From an uncultured Candidatus Rokubacteria bacterium (GTDB taxonomy: Bacteria; Methylomirabilota; Methylomirabilia; Rokubacteriales; CSP1-6): 64,000 bases of DNA. The first letter of the stretch is position 1. Each line of letters starts with the position of its first letter. Both the position numbers and the translations under genes were made by a program. Positions 20,840 through 32,195 of this stretch are shown here, piece after piece. The DNA lies in assembly GCA_963754315.1 (NCBI GenBank), contig CAVWFS010000019.1, positions 96,001 through 160,000 on the forward strand, in the 5' to 3' direction. The notes under the pieces were generated by a model. The model was not told the origin of the DNA. It was given only the letters and a program-made list of their open reading frames with translations, and did no database searches.

Positions 20840-23149
20840 TTACGCCGGCTGGGCCGCACCCACCAGCGTCCGCAGATGCCCTGCGTAGCGCGCAGCAATG
20901 GCCGCCCAGTCGAAACGCTCACGTGCCAATCGACGCGTACACTCCCCGAGCGCGGTGCAACGCTCGGGCCCAGCCAAGAGCGCGCGAAGTTCCGCGACAA
21001 AGTCCTCGAGTGGCGCTTCGATCCAGTGCTCGCCCGCGTGACCACCGAGCCCCCGCGAACCCTTGGCCGTCGTGAGGATTGGCAAGCCGGCGGCCATATA
21101 GTCCAGCATTTTGATGTTCGTCCCCGAACCCTGCCTCATGGGATTCAACGCCAGGTGGGCCGCACGGTATATCTCCAGGAGCTTCTCGGAGGCGACGAAT
21201 CCATACAGGGTCACGTTGGCGGGAATGACGGTGGCGGGGAATTGGTCGCGAAACATCAGCCCGACGCCGCCGACAATGCCGAATTGGACATCGGGGAATA
21301 TCGGCGCCAGTTCATCGATGATGAACGCGGCGCCCTCCAGGTTGGGATGGTAGTTACTCCCGACGAAAACGACCAAGGGCCGATGACCGAGGCCGAGCGC
21401 GTGGCGACTCCTCGCTCTCTCGACAGGATCGGCAGGTCGTATGTCCCGGCAGTCCACGCCGTTGGGCACCTCCAGAATCTTTTGCGGCGCGACTCCGTAC
21501 AGCCGTTGGAATCCCTCCGCATCCTCGGCGCTGCAGGCGAGGATGAGTCGGCTCGCCTCCACCGCCAATCGCTCCGTAGCCTGGACTTTCCGCGCAAGCA
21601 CACGCCCGACCAGGGAACCGGCCAGGAGCGGCCCCTTCACGTGTGCCTCGCAGTTCTGCGAGTCATAGACCAGCGGCCATCCAAGCTCTCGCGGTAAGAA
21701 CGGAACCATCCATGGATGCGCGCTGACGAGAATGTCTGTCTCCGGAAGATACCGCTCGATCAATCTTCGATAGCGCGGTGTCCACCGACCCAGCAGTGGC
21801 ATGGTGACGTCCATGGTTGCCTGCCCACGCGAGAGGCGCACCAGGACGTTGTGCGCCCGGAAATGGGGCGCCGTCAATGGGGTGAGGATCTCGCGAAAGT
21901 TCGGCGCCAGGGGCTGATCGCGGAACGCCGGACCCGGGTAGTCGAAGGTGCCGATATACGTGGTCGTGAAGTCCTCGGGCATGTGGCGATAGAGCTGCAG
22001 GATACGCACGCGCCCGCCTCCGAGCGGCGGATCGATAATCTGGTTGTCCGTCACCAGAAGGCGGATGCGTCGCGGCTCCTGTCGGCGATTCTGGTGGGGT
22101 CCCGACGTGACCGCGCTCGTCGTCCGGGTCGTCTCGATCCGGTCCCCCGCCTCGAGGAGCGTGCCCGCCACTCGCTCCCACGTTACCCGCTGCATCCACG
22201 TGCGGCACGCCTCGCGCATGGGCGCCAATCCCGTGCGATGCTCCCAGAGCCAGTCGATTGGCGCGGCCAGGGCTGGCGGCGTAGGCGCGGTGACGAACCC
22301 GGTCTTGCCATCCTCGACGATCACAGCCGGTTCCCCGGCGTCAGTCGTCGTGACCACCGGTCGTCCTGAGAGGAATGATTCGAACGTAATTAACCCCAGA
22401 TCCTCGTTGACCGGCGGAAAGATGGTGGCGACCGCACCCGCGTACAGAGCCGCCAAATCAGCGTCGGAAACGTTCCCCAGAAACTCGATCCGTGCGTCGT
22501 CGGCGGCCAATTCTCGCAGGGCTTGCTCCTGATCACCCTCCCCGACGATCTTCAGCGCACAGCACGCCCGGCTGAGACGGAAAGCTCGTATGAGGAGGTC
22601 GACCCGTTTCCACGGATGCAGACGGCCGACCGAGAGGAAATAGTGACCGGGCTCGAAGCCGTCGGCCGCGTCGGCGGGAACAAACGTCGTGGGAGGATAC
22701 ACAGCGGTGGATGCGATGTTGCCGTACTTGATCAGCCGTCGAGAGACGGTCTGGCCGATGGTGAAGAGATGGGGGAGACGACCTTTGTCCAGGGCCCACT
22801 GATCCATGAAATGGATCAGGGTGCGCAGACGCTCGAACTCCGGCCCGCGTGGCTCGTAGAGGTCATAGAAGACGCGAAGCCGGTGGGAGAGATACACGAC
22901 ATGGTTAGGGTGCCTGACCATGTAGCCCGGAGCCTTGCAGCTCACGACCCGATCGTAGCCGCTCAAGTCCAGCTGGTAGAAATCGTAGTACCCTCGCAGC
23001 ACACCCTCGGGTGTCCGCTCATCAAACGGGATCGTGATGAGTTCCGTCGGGTGTCGCTCCCGAAGAGCCACCAACAGGCCGTCGAGAAGGCGACTCATCC
23101 CGCCGAAGACGGGAGGGACAGGGCTAGGACTTACGAGAGCAATTTTCAT
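20840..23149 (-). CDS. Tandem double GT4 glycosyltransferase
   Basis: Two GT-B modules: VGRLHPWKRVD...NEDLGLITFESF, and FVGSNYHPN...GSGTNIKMLDYMAAGLP. Confidence 0.85.
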   Translation of the reverse strand: MKIALVSPSPVPPVFGGMSRLLDGLLVALRERHPTELITIPFDERTPEGVLRGYYDFYQLDLSGYDRVVSCKAPGYMVRHPNHVVYLSHRLRVFYDLYEPRGPEFERLRTLIHFMDQWALDKGRLPHLFTIGQTVSRRLIKYGNIASTAVYPPTTFVPADAADGFEPGHYFLSVGRLHPWKRVDLLIRAFRLSRACCALKIVGEGDQEQALRELAADDARIEFLGNVSDADLAALYAGAVATIFPPVNEDLGLITFESFLSGRPVVTTTDAGEPAVIVEDGKTGFVTAPTPPALAAPIDWLWEHRTGLAPMREACRTWMQRVTWERVAGTLLEAGDRIETTRTTSAVTSGPHQNRRQEPRRIRLLVTDNQIIDPPLGGGRVRILQLYRHMPEDFTTTYIGTFDYPGPAFRDQPLAPNFREILTPLTAPHFRAHNVLVRLSRGQATMDVTMPLLGRWTPRYRRLIERYLPETDILVSAHPWMVPFLPRELGWPLVYDSQNCEAHVKGPLLAGSLVGRVLARKVQATERLAVEASRLILACSAEDAEGFQRLYGVAPQKILEVPNGVDCRDIRPADPVERARSRHALGLGHRPLVVFVGSNYHPNLEGAAFIIDELAPIFPDVQFGIVGGVGLMFRDQFPATVIPANVTLYGFVASEKLLEIYRAAHLALNPMRQGSGTNIKMLDYMAAGLPILTTAKGSRGLGGHAGEHWIEAPLEDFVAELRALLAGPERCTALGECTRRLARERFDWAAIAARYAGHLRTLVGAAQPA

Positions 23150-24422
23150 CGGGATGCGGTGGGCACCTCGGCCACCACATAGTAGTCCTGTGGTCCCCAG
23201 ATCACGTTGTTAAGCCGCTCGACGACCCCCTTGAGGAGTTCATGGGCCTGGTCGCCCAATCCCAGCTGGTCGGCGGGCGGAAGATCAGGAAGGCGGCCCG
23301 GGGGCTCGAAGCGGCGCAGTCGGCGAACCTCCACCCGCTCGAACCCGCGCAGCTCCAGCAGCCCCGCGAGGTACTCCGGATCGACCGGTTGCTTGTGGTC
23401 TAGATCCTGGTAATAGGCTTTTGCCAGCACCCCTAGCGTCTCCGGATTCAGCGTTTCCAGCACCATCACGCCACCGGGGGCCAGTCGTTGTCGGGCCAGC
23501 GTGAGGAATGTCAACAGTTCGCCCGGAAAGAGGTGCTCGATCACCTGTGAAGCAAAAACCCCTCCCAGCGTGGCCGGCTCGACCGAACGCAGCGCGGCCA
23601 GGGCGCCCGCATGCACGACGGCCACCTCGTGCTCGCGGCATATCTCGATCATGGTCGGATCCGTGTCACAGCCCCAGGCCTCGATCCCCTCCATCCGCAG
23701 CATCGCGAGGAACTCCCCACGCCCACACCCGACGTCCAAAATGCGCCCGGGCCGATCATGGAACAGCGGAAGATAGATGTGATGCAGCCCTCGGAGATGG
23801 CCGTAGTTGCCACGGAAGCGATCCACGAAGGCTTCGCGCTTCTCGCGCGATATGCCCTCGAAAAAGGGCGCGACGTCATAGCGCTCGATGAGTGACCGGG
23901 TCACGTGTTCCAGGCGGGCTTGGGCCGTCTGGATTGCCTGTTTGTTCTGCTCAAGGTACTCGTTGATCCGGCTCTGCTGCCCGATGAACGTGTCCCCCCG
24001 TTCCAGCGCCTCCTGAAAGACGCTATGGGCCCGCTTCATCTCTGTCTCCAGCCGCACGAGCGCGTCGTCAAGGTCCCGCTGCCGTGCAAGCTGAACGCGC
24101 AGCAGCGCGAGCATGTGGCGTTGAATTGCTCCTGCTTTTCGATGAGGAGGCGCACGTAGGGCTGTCCTCCCCAGTGAATCAGTCGCTTGATCGGATCGAT
24201 CAGGTACCGGAGCAGGGGTCGGTGCGAATGGATACGGTAGTCAGGTTCGACTCGCCACCCCCCCTCGGCCGCCCACAGCAACGCTGCGGCCTCGTCGGCC
24301 GTATCGGGCTGCCGTCCGAGCGGCGCCGGATCAGGCAGGCCGCTTCGCACAAACTCGTGGTGGAGATCCTCCATCACGCGCTCGATGGTGTAGGGGGGTT
24401 CCGGGATTCGAAAACGGGTCAC
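23146..24422 (-). CDS. Coiled-coil + class I SAM methyltransferase, paralog of 4027..5648; frameshift near 24115
   Basis: GTG 24422 MTRFRIPE...HSHRPLL...QEQFNA, then ORF 23146..24114 with FVDRFRG, ILDVGCGRGEFL, LETLNP and QDYYVVA. Confidence 0.8.
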
Positions 24423-24722
24423 GCCGCGAACTACCCCAGCGGGTGGGAATGATGGAGGCGCTTCGAGGATGCAGGCGACCTCCGCAGCCGGCCAGCACGT
24501 TCTGGCGGACGCGTGAGCACCCGCACGGCAGCCGGGCCGCTCCGATGGACGACGGTTGGCGACCCGGACCCCGAACGCGGCACCAACTCGAATTTCCACC
24601 CTCGTGATCGAGCAGCTCGATCGAGGTCAGGTCGAGCCCCGAACGGGTGGTACGAAGGCGGTGAGTCTCCGGTACCAGCGGTACGCTTTACCGAGGCCCA
24701 CGACGCCGACGGCATCGGTCAT
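24423..24722 (-). pseudogene. wzt: Collapsed remnant of Wzt (polysaccharide ABC exporter ATPase)
   Basis: ATG overlaps the wzm stop. MTDAVGVVGLGKAYRWY resembles a Wzt N-terminus; TTRSGLDLTSIELLDHEG in another frame resembles the start of the Wzt C-terminal domain. No Walker A or signature motif. Confidence 0.6.
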
Positions 24723-25573
24723 AGTTCGTCGACCATCGAGCGGGCCAGTCGTCGGAACACCAGGTCACCCCCGAGTACGGCCAGCACCGCCACCGCCGCG
24801 ACTTGCCACAGGTCGCTCCAGACGGGCCAGCGATGCTCCACGATGATCCCCTGATAGGCCGTGATGAGCGGATAGAGTGGGTTGATCGTGATCACGCCCT
24901 GCACGGCCGGGGGCACGGCCGCGAGAGGATAGACGATGGGCGTGAACCAGAACCAGAACTGCAGGCCAACGGTGACCACCTGAGAGACATCACGAAAGAA
25001 AACGTTGATGACCCCCAAGAAGACCCCGAGGGAGAGGGCAAAGACCTGCTGAATGATCAAGAGAGGCACCATTCCCAGCAGGACCCAGCCCGGCCAGCGA
25101 CCGCTGACGAGCAGGAAGGCCAGGAACAGCCCCCATATGATGGCAAAGTTCAGGGTGGCCGACAGGAAGACATACACGGGAAGGGTCACGCGCGGAAAGC
25201 TCATCTTCTTCAGGAGGTTGCCATGCTCGAGGAAGACGAGCTGGCTCCGCGTCAAAACCTCGACGAGATACCCCCATGGCAGAAGGCCCGCACAGAGGAA
25301 GAGTCCGTACGCGAGGTCGTCGGAGACGCCGGTCAGCCGGGCGCGCATGACCTGGGAGAACACGACGGTGAAGATGAGGATCTGGGCCAACGGGTTGATG
25401 ATGGCCCAGGACGCTCCCAGCACCGATCCAAAGTAGCGCCCCCGGAAGTCCCGGGCTACCATCCCCAGGACAAAACCGCGATAGCCCCACAACGCTTGTG
25501 TTCGTCCGAAGCCTCTTCCAAGTGTGCGGGGGGGGCGCGTGGCGGGGGCAGCAGTCTCGCCTGAACGACGCAT
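24719..25573 (-). CDS. wzm: Polysaccharide ABC exporter permease Wzm
   Basis: RDFRGRYFGSVLGASWAIINPL, LLKKMSFP, FFRDV and FWFTPIVYP motifs. Confidence 0.9.
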   Translation of the reverse strand: MRRSGETAAPATRPPRTLGRGFGRTQALWGYRGFVLGMVARDFRGRYFGSVLGASWAIINPLAQILIFTVVFSQVMRARLTGVSDDLAYGLFLCAGLLPWGYLVEVLTRSQLVFLEHGNLLKKMSFPRVTLPVYVFLSATLNFAIIWGLFLAFLLVSGRWPGWVLLGMVPLLIIQQVFALSLGVFLGVINVFFRDVSQVVTVGLQFWFWFTPIVYPLAAVPPAVQGVITINPLYPLITAYQGIIVEHRWPVWSDLWQVAAVAVLAVLGGDLVFRRLARSMVDEL

Positions 25574-25576
25574 CGT

Positions 25577-27596
<2,020 letters not shown>

Positions 27597-27694
27597 GCGT
27601 GCTCGTCTCGCGCTCGAGCCGGGCGCCCGAGCGTACCTTGCAGCCTACGATAGTCTCCGTGATTCGCGCAAGCACAGACACCCGACACGCACAG

Positions 27695-28690
27695 TCAGAC
27701 AGGGTCGCCCGCCGCCGAGATACCCCCCGCGCGCGCGCCCGTGCGCCATCGCCAATAGTCGAGCACGTCGCGCAAGGTCTGCGTGAATGGTCGGGCCGGT
27801 TGCCAGCCCACTGCCCGCTGGATGCGCCGGCCATCTCCGAGGAGGATGGGCACATCGGAAGGCCGAAGCCGGGCGGGGTCCTCGCGCACGGCGATGGGCC
27901 GAACCCGGGCTTCGCCAAGGAGGAACTCGAGGACCTCGCCGATCTCCCAGGCCGATCCCGAGCAGAGGTTATACACCTCGCCGGGCTCTCCCCGCTCCAG
28001 CAGAAGCCAGTACCCGTGTACGATGTCCCGTACGTCGGTGTAGTCACGCTTGGTCTTGAGGTTCCCCACGTGGATGACGGGTTCGCGCAATCCTGCTTCA
28101 ATCTCGGCGATCTGGCGGGCGAAGTTGGAGGTGACAAACACGTCTCCCCGTCGGGGCCCCTCATGGTTGAAGGCGCGAGTGCGGACGATGGGCAGTCGAT
28201 AGCTCTTGAAGTATTGGTAGCCCAGCAGATCCTGAGCCACCTTGCTCACCGCGTACGGTGACAGGGGGCGCAGCGGATTGTCCTCGGTGATGGGCAACTC
28301 GCTCTCGTAGACGGCGCCGTACTCCTCGCTGGAGCCTACCACCAGAAAGCGAGGTTTCTGGGGGCGCTGACGGATGGCCTCCAGCAGGTTGACCTGCGCT
28401 CCGATGTTGGTGATGAGCGTCTCCGCCGGCGCCTGCCATGATGAGCCCACGAAGCTTTGGGCGGCGAGGTGGATGATGGCATCCGGCTGCGACGCTTCGA
28501 GCACGTGCTGCACCGAGCTCACGTCGCGCAGGTCGCCTTCCACGAGATGGATCTTCGCCCCCAGGTGATCGATGTTCTCGGTCTTGCTCCGCCACCGATA
28601 CGACCCGTAGACTTCCACCCCTTGGTCGAGGGCATGCTCGGCAAAGTGGCTCCCGACAAAACCGGTGATCCCGGTGATCAGGACGCGCAT
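27695..28690 (-). CDS. rmd: RMD-like SDR (putative GDP-4-keto-6-deoxy-D-mannose reductase giving GDP-D-rhamnose)
   Basis: GSSEEYG, PLSPYAVSK, TRAFNHEGP, FARQIAEIEAG and VGNL..RDYTDVRD motifs; adjacent to gmd. Confidence 0.65.
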   Translation of the reverse strand: MRVLITGITGFVGSHFAEHALDQGVEVYGSYRWRSKTENIDHLGAKIHLVEGDLRDVSSVQHVLEASQPDAIIHLAAQSFVGSSWQAPAETLITNIGAQVNLLEAIRQRPQKPRFLVVGSSEEYGAVYESELPITEDNPLRPLSPYAVSKVAQDLLGYQYFKSYRLPIVRTRAFNHEGPRRGDVFVTSNFARQIAEIEAGLREPVIHVGNLKTKRDYTDVRDIVHGYWLLLERGEPGEVYNLCSGSAWEIGEVLEFLLGEARVRPIAVREDPARLRPSDVPILLGDGRRIQRAVGWQPARPFTQTLRDVLDYWRWRTGARAGGISAAGDPV

Positions 28691-28759
28691 GACAGAAAGT
28701 GTACTACGGGGCCCGCTCGCGGGGCAGGCAACGCGGCAGAGAAGATCGGATGGAGCGCG

Positions 28760-29188
28760 CTATTCTCCGATGACCTGGACGCTGATCTCGCGCCGACGGG
28801 GACCGTCGAACTCGGCGAAGATGATGGACTGGAACCGGCCCAGGGTCAGATCGCCGTCGTTGATTCCCACGGCGATGTTCCGTCCCAACAGAGCCGCCCG
28901 CAGATGGGCATGAGCATTGCCGCGCTCACAGTCCGAATAGCGGGGGTCGTCGTGGCGGTAACCACCCCGCTCGGGCACAATGCGCTCCGCCAGACTCTTG
29001 ATGTCCTCGATGAGGGATCCCTGGAACTCGTTGATCAGGAGGGCGCACGTGGTATGGAGGGTATTGATCAGCCCAATACCGGCGTTGACCGGGAACTGCT
29101 GAACCGCCTGCCGCACGAGCTTCGTGATATCGCTGACCTCTGTCCGCTCCTCGGTCGTCAGGCTGAACGAGGTGTTGAAGACCTTCAT
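28760..29188 (-). CDS. yjbQ: YjbQ/UPF0047 family protein
   Basis: HTTCALLINE, GNAHAHLRAALLG and LGRFQSIIFAEFDGPRRR motifs. Confidence 0.9.
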   Translation of the reverse strand: MKVFNTSFSLTTEERTEVSDITKLVRQAVQQFPVNAGIGLINTLHTTCALLINEFQGSLIEDIKSLAERIVPERGGYRHDDPRYSDCERGNAHAHLRAALLGRNIAVGINDGDLTLGRFQSIIFAEFDGPRRREISVQVIGE

Positions 29189-29263
29189 ATCGTGCCGTCT
29201 CCAGGGCGCATCCCCGGTTTCGCCGGCGGAGGTGCCAGCGTGGCTGCGCCCAAGCCAACGCTA

Positions 29264-29293
29264 ACCATAGCGACGCTTTGCGCAAGAAGTCAA
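29264..29293 (-). promoter_or_regulatory. Putative sigma70 promoter for yjbQ
   Basis: TTGACT-N18-TATGGT on the minus strand, in the intergenic gap. Confidence 0.45.
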
Positions 29294-29355
29294 CCTAAAG
29301 CTTTACGGGGGTGTGACTTCTCCTTGACAAGGGCGTTTCCGGCGAAGCCTCCGTT

Positions 29356-30342
29356 CTAGGCGCCCTTTGGATTGGGGAGATTACCCCTTCCAGCGCCCAG
29401 GAGTGGTCGAAAGTATTCGATGGTTCGGCGCAGCCCCTCCTCGAAGGAGACCAGGGGCTGGTAGGCCAGCAGACGCTTTGCCTTGCCAATGTCAGCCAGT
29501 GTATGAGCGACGTCACCGGGTCGGGCCGGCGTATGGCGCCGGCGCAGGGCGTGTCCCACGCTTCGCTCAAGGATCTCGATGATGGCGAGCAGGCTGATCC
29601 GCTCCCCACATCCCACGTTGAAGACCTCCCCGGCGGCTTGCGGGGCGCGGGCAGCCAAGAGGTTCGCCTCCACCACGTTGTCGATATAGGTAAAGTCGCG
29701 CGATTGCGTGCCGTCGCTGTGCACTTCGAGGGGTTCTCCCGCGAGGGCCCATTGGATGAAGCGTGGGATGACTGCGGCGTACTCCGAGGCCGGGTCCTGC
29801 CGCGGACCGAACACGTTGAAGTAGCGGAGGCCAACCGTCTCGACCCCGTACAGACGGCTCCACACGGCGGCATATTGCTCGCCGGCCGCCTTGGAGACTG
29901 CGTAGGGTGAGACGGGGCTTGGCGGCTGATCCTCGCGCTTGGGCAACTCAAGGCTCGCCCCGTACACTGACGACGACGAGGCATACACGACCCGCGGTAC
30001 CCCCGCCGTCCGCGCGGCCTGCAACACGTGCAGGGTGCCGTTGACGTTGTTGTCGTTGGCGCCCAGTGGATCGTGGACCGAGCGGGGAACCGACCGCATG
30101 GCCGCCTGATGAAAGATTACGCGGGCGCCGGCGGCTGTACGTTCCACACAGGCGAGATCTCTGATGTCGCCCTCAATGACCTCGAGCGCCTCCCCGTACT
30201 GCGTCGCGAAGGGCAGCATGGCGCGGGCGCCGGTGGAGAAGTTGTCGAGGACACGGACCCGAAGCCCCTCGCGCAGCAGGCGCTCGACGACGTGGGAGCC
30301 GATGAAGCCGGCTCCTCCGGTCACCAGAACAAGATCGCTCAC
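29356..30342 (-). CDS. NAD-dependent epimerase (UDP-Glc/GlcNAc 4-epimerase, WbpP-like SDR)
   Basis: LVTGGAGFIGSH, SVPRSV.DP, YASSSSVYG, SPYAVSK and LRYFNVFGPRQDP motifs. GTG 30342 lies 6 nt after TATAAT. Confidence 0.9.
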   Translation of the reverse strand: MSDLVLVTGGAGFIGSHVVERLLREGLRVRVLDNFSTGARAMLPFATQYGEALEVIEGDIRDLACVERTAAGARVIFHQAAMRSVPRSVHDPLGANDNNVNGTLHVLQAARTAGVPRVVYASSSSVYGASLELPKREDQPPSPVSPYAVSKAAGEQYAAVWSRLYGVETVGLRYFNVFGPRQDPASEYAAVIPRFIQWALAGEPLEVHSDGTQSRDFTYIDNVVEANLLAARAPQAAGEVFNVGCGERISLLAIIEILERSVGHALRRRHTPARPGDVAHTLADIGKAKRLLAYQPLVSFEEGLRRTIEYFRPLLGAGRGNLPNPKGA

Positions 30343-30452
30343 GGGCAAATTATAGCGGACATCGCCACCTTGACACTCTGCGTAATCTACCTGAACATTT
30401 CGACACTTCGCGCGGATCACCGAGGCTCGTCCAGACTGGGAGGAAATGTGCC

Positions 30453-31988
30453 ATGAACCGTCGCGCCGGTCTCGCCACGCTATTCGTCCTCGTCATGCCG
30501 CTGGTGCCCATGGTCGGCGGCGCCCAAACGAAGGACGATACCGTCGTCTACGCCATCCAATCCGACATGCAGAACTGGGATCCCCCGAACTCCGTGCTGC
30601 GGGAAAGCATCATCCTTGGTTACCACGTGTTCGATCATCTGGCTGCCCGCGATCTCAAAACCGGCAAGGTGGGGCCGAGTCTCGCCACCTCGTGGCGCAC
30701 CCTCGACGATACCACGTGGGAGGTCAAGCTCCGGCAAGGTGTCAAGTTTCACGACGGGTCGCCCTTCACCGCGCGCGACGTGAAAGCCACCTTCGACCGG
30801 GTCTTGAACCCCGAGCTGAAGCTCACCGCGCGGGGCAACCATGCCAAGATCAAGAGCGTGGAGGTGGTGGACGACTATACGGCACGCTTCAAGACGGACG
30901 GTCCCTACCCGCTCTTCGTGGAACGCCTGAGCGCCCAGGTCATGCAATCCGAGAAAGTCATCAAGGACAAGGGCCACGAGTGGATGCAGGAAAATCCGGT
31001 GGGGACGGGACCCTACAAGCTCGTCAAGTGGAACAAGAAGCAAGATCACTTGCTCGTCCGCAACGACGACTACTGGGGCCCCAAGCCCGCCTTCAAGTAC
31101 GTGCGCGTCCGGATCATTCCCGAGCAGGCTACCCAGATCGCCGAGCTGATCTCGGGCGGAGTCGATGTCATCAAGGCGGTGCCGCCCGACCAGATGGACG
31201 TTATCAACAAGTCCGGAGGAGCCCGCACCTCTACCTCCCCCATCCTGCGCACGGCCATGCTCCAGCTCGACCAGGCCGGCCGCACGGGAAAGAACCCGTT
31301 CCAGGACCGTCGGGTGCGTCAGGCGGCCAACCTGGCGGTCGACATGGACGCCATCATCAAGCACGTTCTCAACGGTCTCGGCGACCGCACGGCCACCACC
31401 GTCAACCCCATGGCCTTCGGCTTCGATCCGAGCGTGAAGCCGTTCCGGCCCGACCCAGCCGCGGCCAAGAAGCTGTTGACCGACGCCGGATACCCGAATG
31501 GGGTAGAGGTTGGATTCCTCCAGACGGGGCCAATCGTGGAGCCGGCCCTCCCCCAGACGTCGGAGGCGATCACCGCCGACCTCGCCAAGGTCGGCCTGCG
31601 CACCCGCAAGCGGTATATCGGGGAGATCGGGCCCTTCGTGAATCTGGTACGCGATGGCAAAGCCGAGCCCATGTTCGAGTGGTCGTGGGGGTACTACTCG
31701 GTCTTCGACGCCGACGCCATCCTGTTCGACGTCATGAAGTGCGGGGAGCCTTACAGCTACTACTGCAACAAGGAGCTCGACGATCTGATCCTTCAGGGAC
31801 GGTCGACGCTCGACGCCAAGAAGAGGACCGAGGTCTACGCTAAGGCGCAGCGGCTCCTCCTCGACGACGCCGCCTATCTCTACAAGTGGGGTCTGCGCGG
31901 CGTGTGGGGCATCAGCAACCGCGTGGACTACGAGGCACCGCGTGACGAGATCGACCGCATGTTCCTCGTGACCCCCCGCAAGAAGTAG
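30453..31988 (+). CDS. Peptide/nickel ABC transporter substrate-binding protein (family 5)
   Basis: Signal peptide; LRQGVKFHDG, PVGTGPYK and RNDDYWG motifs. Confidence 0.9.
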   Translation: MNRRAGLATLFVLVMPLVPMVGGAQTKDDTVVYAIQSDMQNWDPPNSVLRESIILGYHVFDHLAARDLKTGKVGPSLATSWRTLDDTTWEVKLRQGVKFHDGSPFTARDVKATFDRVLNPELKLTARGNHAKIKSVEVVDDYTARFKTDGPYPLFVERLSAQVMQSEKVIKDKGHEWMQENPVGTGPYKLVKWNKKQDHLLVRNDDYWGPKPAFKYVRVRIIPEQATQIAELISGGVDVIKAVPPDQMDVINKSGGARTSTSPILRTAMLQLDQAGRTGKNPFQDRRVRQAANLAVDMDAIIKHVLNGLGDRTATTVNPMAFGFDPSVKPFRPDPAAAKKLLTDAGYPNGVEVGFLQTGPIVEPALPQTSEAITADLAKVGLRTRKRYIGEIGPFVNLVRDGKAEPMFEWSWGYYSVFDADAILFDVMKCGEPYSYYCNKELDDLILQGRSTLDAKKRTEVYAKAQRLLLDDAAYLYKWGLRGVWGISNRVDYEAPRDEIDRMFLVTPRKK

Positions 31989-32007
31989 CGGCAACCGATT
32001 GGGCGGG

Positions 32008-32190
32008 TCGACCGTCGCACCCCGAATTGACATGGGGAAGTCGGGAGGAGGACGGATCGTCGCACCCCGCGTGAACCGGGGAGGTTTGGAGGTGGATCGT
32101 CGCACCCCGCGTGACCGGGGAGGTTTGGAGGCGGATCGTCGCACCCCGCGTGACCGGGGAGGTTTGGAGGGGGCGTCGCGCCCCCTCCAA
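32008..32190. repeat. REP-like tandem array: three 39-40-bp units plus a degenerate unit, ending in a 12-bp hairpin
   Basis: GGATCGTCGCACCCCGCGTGA(A)CCGGGGAGGTTTGGAGG at 32054, 32094 and 32133. Terminal inverted repeat TTGGAGGGGGCG-TCG-CGCCCCCTCCAA at 32164-32190. Confidence 0.9.
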
Positions 32191-32195
32191 CATGA

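Noticed and set aside
32054..32170. CRISPR array
   Set aside because: Head-to-tail tandem units with no unique spacers.
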